Origin: Balanoglossus misakiensis
Taxonomy: Eukaryota > Animalia > Hemichordata
Reading direction: 5' to 3'
Assembly: GCA_040954595.2 (NCBI GenBank)
Contig: CM082592.2
Span: forward strand, 12,060,732 to 12,124,731
Length of the DNA stretch: 64,000 nt
The notes beneath the pieces are model-generated. The model was not told the DNA's origin and did not search any database. It was given only the letters and a program-made list of their open reading frames with translations. This document shows positions 11,537 through 24,100 of this stretch, in pieces. The translations under genes and the position numbers were made by a program. The first letter of the stretch is position 1, and each line of letters opens with the position of its first letter.

Positions 11537-12004
11537 GGGTCAAAGCATTTGGTGAAGGGGTTTACATCATTTAAAGACAACATATTGTAAGTCTGCTAAG
11601 ACGAAATGGTGGCGTCAGCATTAGTTTTTTTTTTTCATTTGATTGTATCTCAAAAAAATCTTCATGATAGAATCAAAGTGATGGTCGCAAATAGACAAAT
11701 ACATGCATGTATATCCCTTCAAGCAGCTATTGTTTTTGAAATAGCTGTGTCATCCTTTAGTAAGCCCAAACGCGTATACATAGCGTGCGTAAGTTATAAA
11801 AAATATGGTCTTGCAAGGTTGCGCCTGTTTGAAAGAGTGATTGATCGCAACATCCCCGAGAAAAGTCTATCCGTTTTACGGCGCCAACACTTTGTGCAAA
11901 ACGTCCTGTTTTTGACCGTTACGTCGTCCAGAGTTTTAGAAAATATAATCAAGTTTGGTATTCTCGAAGAATTGGCACCTGCATCATGTTCAAAACGCCG
12001 GCCG

Positions 12005-12204
12005 TTAATTTGGTATAAGTGAGGGACCTCCTAAAGTCGGTGGTGGTCGTGGTGGACCACCAGGCGATCTGCCTGGACCAGCGTCTGGTGGTACACCGGG
12101 GGATCCCACATCAGGATGTGGTATTCCAGGTGATCCAGACTTTTTCAAGTCAAAATCTCCAGATGGGCCTTCCATGTTGTCATCTGTAGAAAATTTGTAG
12201 AGGT
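12005..12204 (-). CDS. EMID1/COL26A1: EMI-collagen last exon (acidic Ser-Gly site plus Pro/Gly-rich tail)
   Basis: Acceptor ttttttacag in phase 1 (an in-frame alternative acceptor lies 21 nt downstream). Open to TAA at 12005. Confidence 0.85.
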
Positions 12205-12350
12205 CTGTAAAAAAACAAAAAACAAAAAACAAATTATATCACCAGGACCTTTCTGTCATTAGCCTAGTGAAGACTACTGACACAACACCGCGTTATAGTT
12301 GTTTGAAGGCGGAGTATTAACCTACGACACAATACACTTAGAGTTCTCAC

Positions 12351-12438
12351 CTTTGAGTCGGACAAGCTCTTGTTCCACACCTGCAAGTCGCAGTCTGAGA
12401 TTTGTAATCTCGGCTAATAACAATTTCAGTTCGTCGGG
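12351..12438 (-). CDS. EMID1/COL26A1: EMI-collagen exon 7 (coiled coil PDELKLLLAEITNLRLRLAGVEQELVRLK)
   Basis: Leu-rich heptad pattern. Acceptor ttattcacag, donor gtgaga, phase 0-1. Confidence 0.88.
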
Positions 12439-13288
12439 CTGTGAATAAAAGCAAGTGGCGGGTTATTGTTATTTCATGAAAACACAACTTTGCAGAATGC
12501 CACCCATTAGTGTCCTGGTCTCAATACCTTTATGACCTCGAATGACCTTGCGTTGTAAAAATATTAACATTAGAGCCTAACACGTTTGGGTGTTAATTTC
12601 CTTGCAAATTTAGTCGTGGTTACGCAGTTATTGTTTTTTCATCGATGGTGGCCGTTTTTCTTAAGGTGCGCCCCAATCAAGATGGCGGCCATGTCGAGGA
12701 AAAAGAAATATGTTCTGATCGTTTCGTGCCAAGTGCGTACGGTGTGAGTTGAGTCGTTCATAAATGAATTTAATTCATAGATAAATGTGACCGTACATAT
12801 CGTGTGAGATTTTATACACGCATATTGAAAAGTAATTTTGTGAAATAACCCCTTTTCTAAAAATTTGCAACGATTAGGCAGCAACAAGAGCAATCAATAG
12901 TTTCCAAGAAGCGTGACCAGAATGCGAATTATTACTCGACGAAAGTGTGATTGCGTAAATGTAATGCGCCCCGGGTACGGAGTGTAATCAGAGACTATCC
13001 ATTGCATCTGTTTGCACAAATTGCTGCGCTGGGGTTGATGGTGCAAGCATTAGTAAACGGGTATGTGGAATTCTTAAACGGGAATTGCCTATGACTGGGT
13101 AAAGTTAATGTAGACGAAAGGTAACATAGCCTAGATTTTGAATAAATCCCTGCAGTAAAGGGGTCGTGCCCGAAAATCTGTCAACACTCACGGGTACACG
13201 CATTTCAAAATCGAATTCGTAATGAATTTCTTTGAGACACACTTTCATTATATTTCATGGCAAAACGCTCAAACAAGAATATTATTAC

Positions 13289-13377
13289 CGAAATGCCGGG
13301 TCTGCCCGTGTCTCCCTTTTCGCCCGGCAGACCAGGAGCACCTGTTCGCCCTGGTGGACCCGGAATTCCTGGTGCGC
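13289..13377 (-). CDS. EMID1/COL26A1: EMI-collagen exon 6 (10 Gly-X-Y triplets)
   Basis: GAPGIPGPPGRTGAPGLPGEKGDTGRPGIS. Acceptor tttgcacag, donor gtaata. Confidence 0.92.
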
Positions 13378-13620
13378 CTGTGCAAAAGATACAAATAAAG
13401 TTAGAAAATGATACCGACGCCAGGTATCTCATTGAGTCTTCGCCTAAATATTTCAAAATTCATCATACTAGTATAAGCTAAACCTTGTCACAAAAGCAGC
13501 TTCTAAGAACGGGATCCCTGTAATAAGAAACATGAGTGCATCGATATCGGCACATGTAAATTTTATGCCAAGGACGGATTTTATTCTGAATCCACGCGTA
13601 TTAAAAAATCCCAACAATAC

Positions 13621-13858
13621 CTGGTATGGAATCTCCCGGTAATCCCGGCATTCCCTGCGGTCCTGGTTGGCCTGGGGGTCCCCGTGGGCCGGGAAGTCCC
13701 TGTAAGCCTGGCGATCCAACTAATCCCGGATGACCTTCTGGTAGACCTGGGCGGGCCCTATTCCCGTTGCTTCCACTCGGGCCATTCATGTGTCTTCCCG
13801 TGGGACCTGCTAACGTTGGCCTTTCTGGGCCCTGCGTGCTGGTTTCTGTTAGTTGAAT
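13621..13858 (-). CDS. EMID1/COL26A1: EMI-collagen exon 5 (linker plus 12 Gly-X-Y triplets)
   Basis: [36 protein letters not shown]. Acceptor gcacag, donor gtattg, phase 0-1. Confidence 0.92.
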
Positions 13859-14081
13859 CTGTGCATGATGATAAATAAATCAGGTAGATCAGAGGTTGGA
13901 TGAAAAAAAAAATAGCCACGGAGAATTATATTTCGGTGTTTTATCGCGTGATCGGTGAATCCCCACAAACTTGGTGTTATAAAATCTTTTGGTGGTAATT
14001 GTACATTTCAACCAAAATAATTCCCCACATCTTTACATTGTTTTTCCGCAGATGCGAATTGGATTGGTTGACCTAACTTAC

Positions 14082-14134
14082 CAGATGTTCTACCCTACTT
14101 TCTAAGTCCTCTATCCTCGAACAATTCAAGCATT
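14082..14134 (-). CDS. EMID1/COL26A1: EMI-collagen exon 4 (ECLNCSRIEDLESRVEHL)
   Basis: Resembles the C-x-N-C plus coiled-coil segment of COL26A1/EMID1. Acceptor ttccacag, donor gtaagt. Confidence 0.9.
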
Positions 14135-14526
14135 CTGTGGAAAGAGGGAAGGATAGACAACCAATCAACTTAAGTTCCTGTAACTATGGAGCAGGCAGGT
14201 AAAGATTTATTTTGCCTTTTTAAAGTGCGTGTCACTCTTTATTCTGCAAGATCGCACCGAAAACCTTGCACTTGGTATACCGGTAACACCTGCAATCTTT
14301 CAACTGGGCCAGGCATCGATTCCAATGGCGCCCTCTATCCTTCTACTGAGCCAATACATTATGTTCACGTGTTTCTCGCTGCGACTACTGGTATACCAGA
14401 GACCTTGCGCTTGCCTATAGATGAAACATGTTGAAAGAAGTTGTGCAAAATTTCCAATGAACACCCGTTCAATACTGAGATTTACACTTTTGCCAAAAGA
14501 TTTCCATGGGAATGATGAGTACTTAC

Positions 14527-14624
14527 CTTCCTCACAATTTGGTCCCTTGAAACCCGGACAACATCTCATTTCTTTGTTTCGAACTGTTTTAAATTCTATT
14601 CTATAAATAGGACGAAACATAACT
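14527..14624 (-). CDS. EMID1/COL26A1: EMI-collagen exon 3, EMI domain C-half (VMFRPIYRIEFKTVRNKEMRCCPGFKGPNCEE)
   Basis: RP.Y...K.V...E.RCCPG..G..C EMI signature. Acceptor cttttcag, donor gtaagt. Confidence 0.95.
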
Positions 14625-14988
14625 CTGAAAAGTACAAGGAAGGGAAGGAGCACGCACGGGTTAGTTTTTGTGCGCGGAACATCTCGGAACAAACTGAGTG
14701 CAAATATCGATATTTCAACGTTAGTGGCATGTCCTCGCACTTCAAAGCGTTACTTGACGAAGCCGGGTGAAATTGCTGTCGGTCGGTCACCAAAACAACA
14801 CTGAGCATTTACACGAAGTAGACCCTTCAAATCGAGCTCTGTAGAAATGATAGTGGGTTATTCCACGCTGCAACTGCATCGTGTTCACAGCCAATTAGGC
14901 TGAAATCTCACGTGACAAGTCATCGTTTGTCCCTGGTGCGTCTCATTGCAAATCGAAAGCGATTGGCGTCAATTCAAGAGTCACTCAC

Positions 14989-15144
14989 CTAAAGGAATTC
15001 CCACAATTTCTTTCATGCGAGGAGTATGGCGGGTTTAATTTATAATTACACCAGGCTGGTTTCACTTTTTCCACATACATTTCTGTGCCGTTTCGAACTT
15101 GACACGAAACATGTTTCGTTACAGTATGTTCACACCAGTTGTCC
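14989..15144 (-). CDS. EMID1/COL26A1: EMI-collagen exon 2, EMI domain N-half (DNWCEHTVTKHVSCQVRNGTEMYVEKVKPAWC...NCGNSF)
   Basis: NWC..V...VSC.V.NGT EMI signature. Acceptor ttttattag, donor AG|gtgagt. 156 nt, phase 2-2. Confidence 0.93.
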
Positions 15145-18100
15145 CTAATAAAAAAAAAGATAAGAAAAAAATGACATTATAAAGATGATAAATTCTATTC
15201 AGTTCAGTGAACGCCATGATTTGTATATGCATTCGATGGAGCAGATTGTGGTGGCGGAAAGTTTTCATCTCTCGATGAACATTCTCGCCAGCCAGAAATT
15301 TATGGTAACGCGTAATCGTAAACAAGTAAAGCAGTGCAGTTATAGTAGTATTGCTCCTAAAATCACTTTATCTGTTTAGCCAGTTTACTTTCCACAGCAA
15401 CACTTTTCAACAAAGAGATCGTCATGTGCTCGGCCAACTTTTAAATTTCCACATGAAATGTTTCGTGAAATGCGAAAATAAAATATCCCGCGTCAAGGCT
15501 TCCTCTGAAGATTTGAACTCGCTGCAGCTGACATCACAAGCAAGGTCGTCGTTTGCCTCCGTCCACATAAATTCCTCCCCCTCACAGAAGACAATTTCAC
15601 TAAATTTTCCAGAAATTATCAGCTCGATTGACACCCCGCCAAAGCTTAATATCATTTGTTTATCTGCTATCGGTAATTAAGTGCTATTAGGAAGCAGATG
15701 AGATAAACAAATGAGAAATACTTTCCCTTTCTTTAACTGACCCTGGCCTCCCACATCCAAACAGCGCAAGCATGTTCAATTTTTCTTACCATTTGTTTAA
15801 TTGAACATCCATTAAACCGCTGGGGTGAATTTTTACTCCACATTCCGCGAACAAACCAAGGTCCTGACCCGGATTGAAGTGTTCAACTGTTGACCAGCTG
15901 TTGGTTATACACAGTGACAGTTGGGTTCTGTGAATGGTTGGTTGTTTCACCCCATATGTGCCAAACATTGTTTTATTTTTGTTTAAAAAACCTTGCGGAA
16001 TCCAAATTCCACACTGAATATCAAGTAGACCTGCCGTCACTAAAATGTCCATAAAAACTGAAACCCTTTAATATCCTCTTCTTTTTCTGAGGGTGTTATT
16101 TTTGTACAAAAACATGACTGTTCTATCAAAGAAGACGATGAACCTGGATCACGTGCTCATGAATGATTTTGGTGATGAAACATCATGAACATTGTGCGTT
16201 TTATAAAGTTCAACGTGTCTTTAATATTTCGAGTCAGACACCATTTGTTGTTTACGTTTCTTTTTGTCAAAACAAAACATTAATCTCGGTTCTTGACCAT
16301 CTGTTCTATTTTGAATAGTGTGCAGTGTATTTACATGATCGCAATGTGATCACTCGGTGAACATCGTAATTCATATCGAATAACAGACAACGCGTTAACG
16401 GATCCAAATGAATCCATTTTAACTATCGTCTGCAGAGATCAGTGACTCACTCTTTTCTCCAACGAGAAATTAAAGACGTTATGATTAAAGTACTTGGTAC
16501 GCGATGGTACCGCTCCGCGACAACTGAATTGATATTCTTGACTCTGTAAGGTCTAACGGTACTTATGCCTCTAATCTGGAAAAATGTGATACTCCCACAT
16601 TTCCAGAAACAGATGCTTGGTACGTGCTCTTACCGCTCTCGCGAGATATCGGCTCGAGTAACCGAAAACACTTTAATGGTACAAGAAACTCGAATCGCTA
16701 TTTTTGTCGGGAAAGTGGCGATGGATAAGTTTACAATGAAGTTGGTAAAACAACACACCAACCACAAGTCTCTTTAAGTGAATGTAAATAAATCTACACT
16801 AAAAGTTGCCCAAGCCGACACATGTATAAATACAGATCTGTGTTTGGACTATATCACCAGAGTTATCTGTGACTGGTTGACATCAAATGAATGGAGTTCC
16901 CCCATTTAAGATAACCAGGTCTTTAGAATCACTTTTAAAATATCAAGATATTTGTGTCTGTAGATTACGTGAATAGGCCTATAGCTCCCCGGGCGTTGCA
17001 TTTTCCGAAGTACACGTTCTCATTGCGCTGCAAGTGTACGCAATGGCGTAACATGAAAGAAGGTCAGAATCTTCATCCGGAAAACTGCTTCTACGTGCGC
17101 ATGCGGTGATCCAGGGATAATGGTTGCGAAATAGTTTGTCCTTGGTGATGGATCCCTCAACATGGTGGGAATCTCAATAGACCTGTGTGAAATGTGTGAA
17201 TTGTGAAGGTCCTTTGGAAGAGGAGGCAAAACGTATGCTAGTAATTATGAGAGACCCATGATGAATTGAAATGACCTGGGTACCCCGCATCTTCGCTCGC
17301 CAAGGTCTTGCTCTCCGAATGTTGAATTTGTTCTTGAATATTAATGAGTCATGTCGATGTTTCACGGAGCGTTCAGAAACATGCCAACTCTCTATGATGA
17401 ACTCTCGTAACGAACGATGATATTGACATGCGTCTCCCAGATATTTTGACTGTTCCTCGGAACTTTCACTTCTTTTCTCTGTCTGTGTTTGATTGCACCT
17501 CGTCAACAGACAGGAAGATTTATGATAATGAAAGTGAAATCGTGGACCTAAACCGGTAATGGACTTACTGCTGCATTTAGTTCGCTCATAAAAGCAATCA
17601 GGCGAAAAGAAAAACGATGATAAATTCCCCCAACAGATAATCAGACGTCCGTCCGCTTGTCTATGACTTCCCGTTAGAAAAATAAACTATCGTCTGCTAA
17701 ACTTTGCCAGATCACACAATCTCGGTGTTATCGGCAAGTACAGGGAAAGTCCATGCACCACTATCAAGAATTTTGAGAAAATTGAAACCGAGTTCATCTG
17801 GCCACGGAACTGACATTTTATAACAGCAGTTTATTTTACTTTCTCCCCATCATGGAAATAAAGTTTTATCTGCTTCACAAAATACGTACACGTAGACATA
17901 AAATATGACGGTTATTTTTCATACCCCATTCATAGGTCGTCGGTGCCATTCTGTTACGTGCATGGGATGTACATTTTAGACCATGTGAAAATACACCTGT
18001 GGAAATGGATTGATCATCAGCGGGGCGGTCAAATCCTCAGCACTGTCCATTGACGTGTGGTGTAATCCAGGCTACGGGTCCGGACCTTATATTGAAAGGT

Positions 18101-21100
18101 AGGATGAGTTTAGTCGTATCAAAAAGCGCGTGCGCTCGCGTGCTGTTGTCATCGGCTGCTGCATGTGCGAACATCGATTTGCTATCGATGTCCTGTAAGA
18201 GTGGCAGTCAAGGTTTGTCACACAAAAAGCTCTACTGCAAGGGTTGCCTGTTTCTCCGTTCCAGTAACGAATGAGTGACATTTCTGTTGAACAAGTTAAC
18301 TCAGGTAAAGTTTAATTCGCCGACACAGTCGATTTTCACACTTGGTTGAACCCAGCGGGAGTAAAATAGCAAGATTCAATGAAGCGACTAGACACGCTAA
18401 TTGGCGCACCTGAAATGCGCTCCGATTGGAACAAGTTATGCAACTCCGTCTGACCGGTTGTCTTGGTCATTGTGCGCGTAAAAACGTAGATGGATATGCT
18501 GTAGAAGAAAATGCAAACCGCGTTCATTTTCCAATATATTTTAGATGACTTTGAGTCATAAACAAATCGCTTATTTCCGCAACATACACAACGAAGGTGC
18601 TGAGTCACATGCTGTGTCAAATGATTTCGCAGAAACTCTTCGGTGGTGTATAGTCCACCTAACATGTTGGCGGTGATACCCTCAACCCATGACGATCTTA
18701 CATGTGTTTAATTAGCATATTAGTTCAACGTTCACGCATACTGTCCCCTACCAACCACCTGGCATCTGCGTGAAGCTAAACTGCGATAACAGGATGTACC
18801 GTATCAGGCATTTGAAATTAAATAAATAACCTAACGATTGCTTAGAGAGAGGGAACATATATTTTTCCCGATGCATACGTCATTATCAGTAATTCGTGCG
18901 GGGAGAACAGCGGAACTTACGCAATAGAAACAAAATAATTGCAAAGACGATGTCGTAACTGCGGATGAGTCACGTGGTCAGCGAGGAACATGATGAGACT
19001 GTTGTTTATTTTGTACGTCCGTTACACAAACTACTCAAGGCAATTTTACAAAATCCGGGTTCACAATTTCTGGAAACAACAATGGTAATACTATAGTAGG
19101 ACTTTTTTTTTTATAAAGGATTGTCCATGATCATTTGTGGCTGTGAAAAAGTTCACTGCACACGCGCACCAGTGTAAGTGGCACGTTCGTCCGTGTATTC
19201 TTAGAAAACGAAGAGAATCTCCAAGCACCTTTACATGCACATGGTGATAAACTGTAAAAGTTAATGTACATTGTATTGTACCATGGGAGAATGCTAATGT
19301 TCTGCATGAAGAGAAACATGCCACGGTTATTTGTGGGGAATCACTGAGTTTTTAAGAACTTGGGAGGTCAACCTATTTTTAGACTTTTAGTACCACGACG
19401 GTGCATATGGTATAGTGCTCTCTCTCCGTCTTATCTCATTTTGTCTGGGATCGCTCTCAAGTGCTCTGACCACAAGGGAGGGAGATAACATATCGGGCTT
19501 ATAGCTTCTTAAATTCGCTTGACCGGCTGCCTCGTGACAAAACACGTGTCAAAACCGGCGTGCGTGCAATCAATATACCAACATGAATACATCATGTACA
19601 TGCATGTGATGTCGATCGATTACCACTGGCTGGATTTTGGAGTTTTTGACATATCGTTCGAAGCAAGAGCGCATCCGTCAATATACTAGTACTTGTACCA
19701 TGTAAATGCTTTTTTGTCTCGCAATGAGAGACGCCTGTGTCATTAGAGTTACACTTCAGGAGTATTTAGCCTTCATGTAAATGATACATCTCCAGGACTC
19801 TAACACAGAGCATTCGAGAAATACCACAACTCTTTTAAGATGTCAGACAAGGAACAGTTACATAAACATGATAAACCATGCCCGGCCAAAGAGTTTTGTC
19901 TGCGTCTGAGAAGCTCCTCTTGGGATCTTCTAGAGATCCCTTGTGGTCCTCAGACTGACAGGTTGACATCAAAGTTTCGGATCAGACCAGTCACATACAA
20001 GTGCACACTACAAACCCCGACATGCAGCACGAGATAAGAGGGAGGGTTTTGGCGATCAGTCACATTGTCGGTGATTCTGTCTACTAATCGACTTCAACAA
20101 GGAACATGCATTGTTCCGTTGTTTGTTTCAACTGTCTGGTATCTGTTAGATGCGAAAATCTATACAATGTCTGCCATTAAAACAGTGAGAATAGACATGG
20201 CCTTGGCGAGGGGAAACGTTTCAAAAGATAAGCTGCCTACAAGTCAATAATGCAAACTAGTTGCATTTGCTTGTGAAATACAGTGTGCTCTCCTTGTCTG
20301 CTTCTAAACAGGTGGGGACCGAAAGTGGACTTGGTTTCATACGAATTGAGGCACGCCCTCACATGGAAGGACAAAACTGTGGCAATCAGGGTCAGTCCAT
20401 GGGGTACGGCGTGAAATTTCCTCAGTCGAACAGTCTACACATATTGTGTCGCATTTACGCTTGTCTTTCCTCTTCTGATAAACATACCTGGATTCAGGAA
20501 GACTTTTGTAGCGTCATCATGTCGATTTTGTAGTCTCACACTCCATTGAACCGGACTTTTCCCTGTATACTGGGGGGGGGGGGGTTAATTGATATAATCA
20601 CTGATCAGTGGACGAGCAAATTGAGTTAACTTTGTCATGTGATTATATGGTCCATTGTCAAGTATGTAAATACACTTTGGAAGTTTAGCAAGAGATGATG
20701 GAGAACAATATTGTGCTACCGACGCCGGCCATGTTTTGTTTCAGTGGATTTTTTTATCGACCTGACCATGTCACAGACTACCGCCGGAAGCAAGGTCACG
20801 AATGGTCACTGCCCAGACCTGATTTCCGAGGAGATAATCACACATATGTTGTCCTCAAGATGGTGTCATTCCACATACGAGTACATGTACAACACAAATT
20901 CGAACAAATGTGTTGATGTATTCTCATGCTGGAAAAGACCATCGCATTCCTCGAATCTTTTTCTAACTCACGGTCACATAATTTCCATTCGACTAGAACA
21001 TTTCGATCGCAGTCATTGGAAAATAAACGAACAAACAATCAAAAAAGGGACGAAGCCACAATTTTTGAAGGATTTCGCAGTTTGGTGTCAGGTGCGGTGA

Positions 21101-24100
21101 TTTGTATAGGTGTTGATTCGGCAATGAACGGTTGTGTGACAATCGGGCGACAGCGAGGCTTTGGTCCGGGTATCGTAACCAAGGAAACGACTTGAATGTT
21201 CAAAAGTCGAAAATATCCCTATTAGGCCTTCTAGTCTTCTTCGAGTCAAGAGATTAAGGTGACCTCTGACAGTCAGAATCAAAAAGGTCATTGCTGCCTG
21301 AGTAGCGTGAACAAGCCCTTGGCAGGACCATGAAACACCCATCCTTGTTGATGAATAGACATTTGAACGGGCCAAGGGGCGTCCTGCCGGGAACAATCAC
21401 ACCTGGATTCGCGTTTTGTATAGAACCATGATGCGAGCACAGAACCATTCTTTTTCATCTTGAACAAAACTCCAATTCAATTGTGTGTGAGAGGACAGCG
21501 GGCGGCAGAACTGGGGCATTGATTGAAGAATACACACTTTCTCATGGCAAGAAATATTACAGAGTCATCGCAAAACAGGATTATCGATTCGTCTCAACTC
21601 ATGCACCTGAGGCTACCTAGCCGTGTGGTGAACCCTCAATGAAAAGTACAGGAGCCGTGCGCTGTTTTGTGTGTGTGCCCTCAAACACCTTTATTCGTAT
21701 TCATGGCATTTCAAGTGTATGCCCAGATACTGTGCTATTTACACACCTTTCGACTCACTGTCACTCGCCAGCCAACAAAGCCAGACTGGTGGATCCAGCT
21801 TGTAACACTTAGCAAGACAAGCCCCCGAACCTGGCTGGTATTCTAAAAAGGCGGCATAGTAATCAACAGTGAATAAAATTGTAATGGAACTATTTACCAA
21901 TTCATCCTGTTGGGTGAATCAATAGACGACTGGGTGTCAATACCCTCACAATAGCTTCTTGCGCTCTCTGACCTTGGCTTTAGGGAATTTCAACGCCGCT
22001 GTTTTCTATACAAGGTGGGCGTTTTGAAACCCTTGAGCGTGTACTGTTATCAAGTCTACCTTGGGGGAAACACAATTTGGCCAGCAGAAAGAAAGAAAGA
22101 AAAATGTTTGTTGACAAAACGCCCTGCACCATCTGAAAGAGAGCATGAAACAGACCATTACGATCTGTTGTGAAATTACGTCGACTGTCCGTCATGCGAT
22201 TATACCACAACCACTTGATACTGCATGCACTCCTGTACTTAGACGAGAGGAATTTTGGAGCCAGATAACGTAACGGCATCTCAGAACGGTAATTTACCAC
22301 AGTTCGTCCGTAACATACCGGCAACCATGAACTCAAGGGACCTCAATGTACCAGCGACCTCAGGAGCTTGCATGGAAATTTTGAGTGTCCTTATTCCACG
22401 GTGCGTGCACACTGCCGCGGTCTGTTTGTAGTCTGATACCAGCTGCTGATAACATCGAAAGACAGAACCCATATTCTCTCTATCCTCTTGTATTTCACCC
22501 GTGAATTGTTTTCGGTTGAACCCCACTCGAGAAACGCAGTAACAATTTCAACTGGCAACACGAAGTCACCCGAGCGTAGTCGAGTTTTGACAGTTTTCAC
22601 TTTCACGCTACTACAACGGTTGCTGTTTTGCACCAGTAACTCAACACGTAAACATTTCTTTTCTCTGTTTGCCTACACCGTACATCTGACACTGAGAATC
22701 TCTCTGCACCCGCCGAAACAAAAGATGGAGCTACAACAGAACCCAAAGCCAAACTCGTGAAATAAGCTTAGAATCCACGAGACAGGCTAGTATTGGTGAA
22801 AACCCTAGCCGTCCAGCTGTGACATTCTTCATACATGCATTTCTATCCAACAAACTTACGACAACCAATTTTCCCCACAAATCCTGCAAAAGAGGGGATT
22901 TTTTTGTTCAATGTACACTTTCGACAACTAAGTCGACTGTTCGTTCGGCTGTCTTATTTTTCCGAGTGTCCACTTGCTGTTTTTCCCAGCAAAAGGTCGA
23001 CTCGGGCATTACTGTGTGACCCGTTGGTGACAGCTTGTTTACATAGCCTGCCTGATCTATTGGTCCGACAAGGGCCCACTGGTGCAGATCAGTATGTAAA
23101 CTCTCGCTGAACTCTTTCAGTCTGCTGTACTGTTGTTGAATGCCAAGTACAAGGACGAGATACTATATACAATTATAACTCATATTGTTTTAGTGTGGTT
23201 TTTAATTTAGTGGAACCTTTATTGTATATGTCATGCTCAAAATCCCACTGGGGATAAAATGCTTCCAATTTTGAGTCGTACATTTTGTATGCCTCGGTAC
23301 AGATACCTTTGCATGGGGCATCCATTAACAATGGCTTCAGGTAAAAAGGGGGTTCCTCTGTAGTTCAAGTTCAATCAACTGTATATAGTGTTTGGGTAAT
23401 CGTTGGCATGTAGTCTGACTTTGTAGTTGCTGAGTGACCTTGCAGGGCCGGATCGCCGGGGTCGGTCGGTCGGTCCAATTCATTGAAGGAATGATAGTCG
23501 TAACGTTGGCCCTGCTCTTTTCCATAACCTTTTTCCTGTGTATGGACAATAGTTGCCATGCAGTGCGCAGAGACCTACTCCCTACCTACCTCCATGGTAG
23601 AAATGAACACAAATTTGATATCTGGGGCTGGAGATCGGAACTGCTCGGAGAACAAAAGAGCTATTACATAGCAAATACCTCTCTGTGTAAGAGAAATATT
23701 TATAAACAACGGCTTAGTGCACCGGTATGGCATTGTTTGCGCCGAGTAACTTTACCCCTTCCGGTATAGGAATGGCAGAAGTGGACAACTTACTTAAGAT
23801 GATCTGCTTATACTTCAGTTATCAACTTTACTGTGTTGACTTAATACACAGGGTCACGATCCGCATTTTCGAAATATTTGCACAGTTTATCGGTGAAACC
23901 CGTTATGTTGCTTTTATCGCAGAGTAAATTTGGAATTGTCTTTATCACAGAAACAATTGTTTATTCGGCCAATTTTAAGAAGGGCCCGTTGTTTCTTGTC
24001 AAGTTCGACGTATCTTTTGTATATGACCATATCTATGCAAACCAAAGCGGAACTGTTGCCAGATCGGTTACCCAGGCAACTGATATACGCCTGTCTAGCT

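Noticed and set aside
14754-14838. Open exon-like segment on - (LDLKGLLRVNAQCCFGDRP...)
   Set aside because: Phase 1-2 cannot fit between the two phase-2 EMI exons, and the EMI domain is complete without it.
22061-22131. Alternative signal-peptide exon MVQGVLSTNIFLSFFLLAKLCFPQ on -
   Set aside because: Its donor is phase 1, incompatible with the phase-2 EMI exon. Hydrophobicity comes partly from a TTTC repeat, and 28968..29095 fits better.
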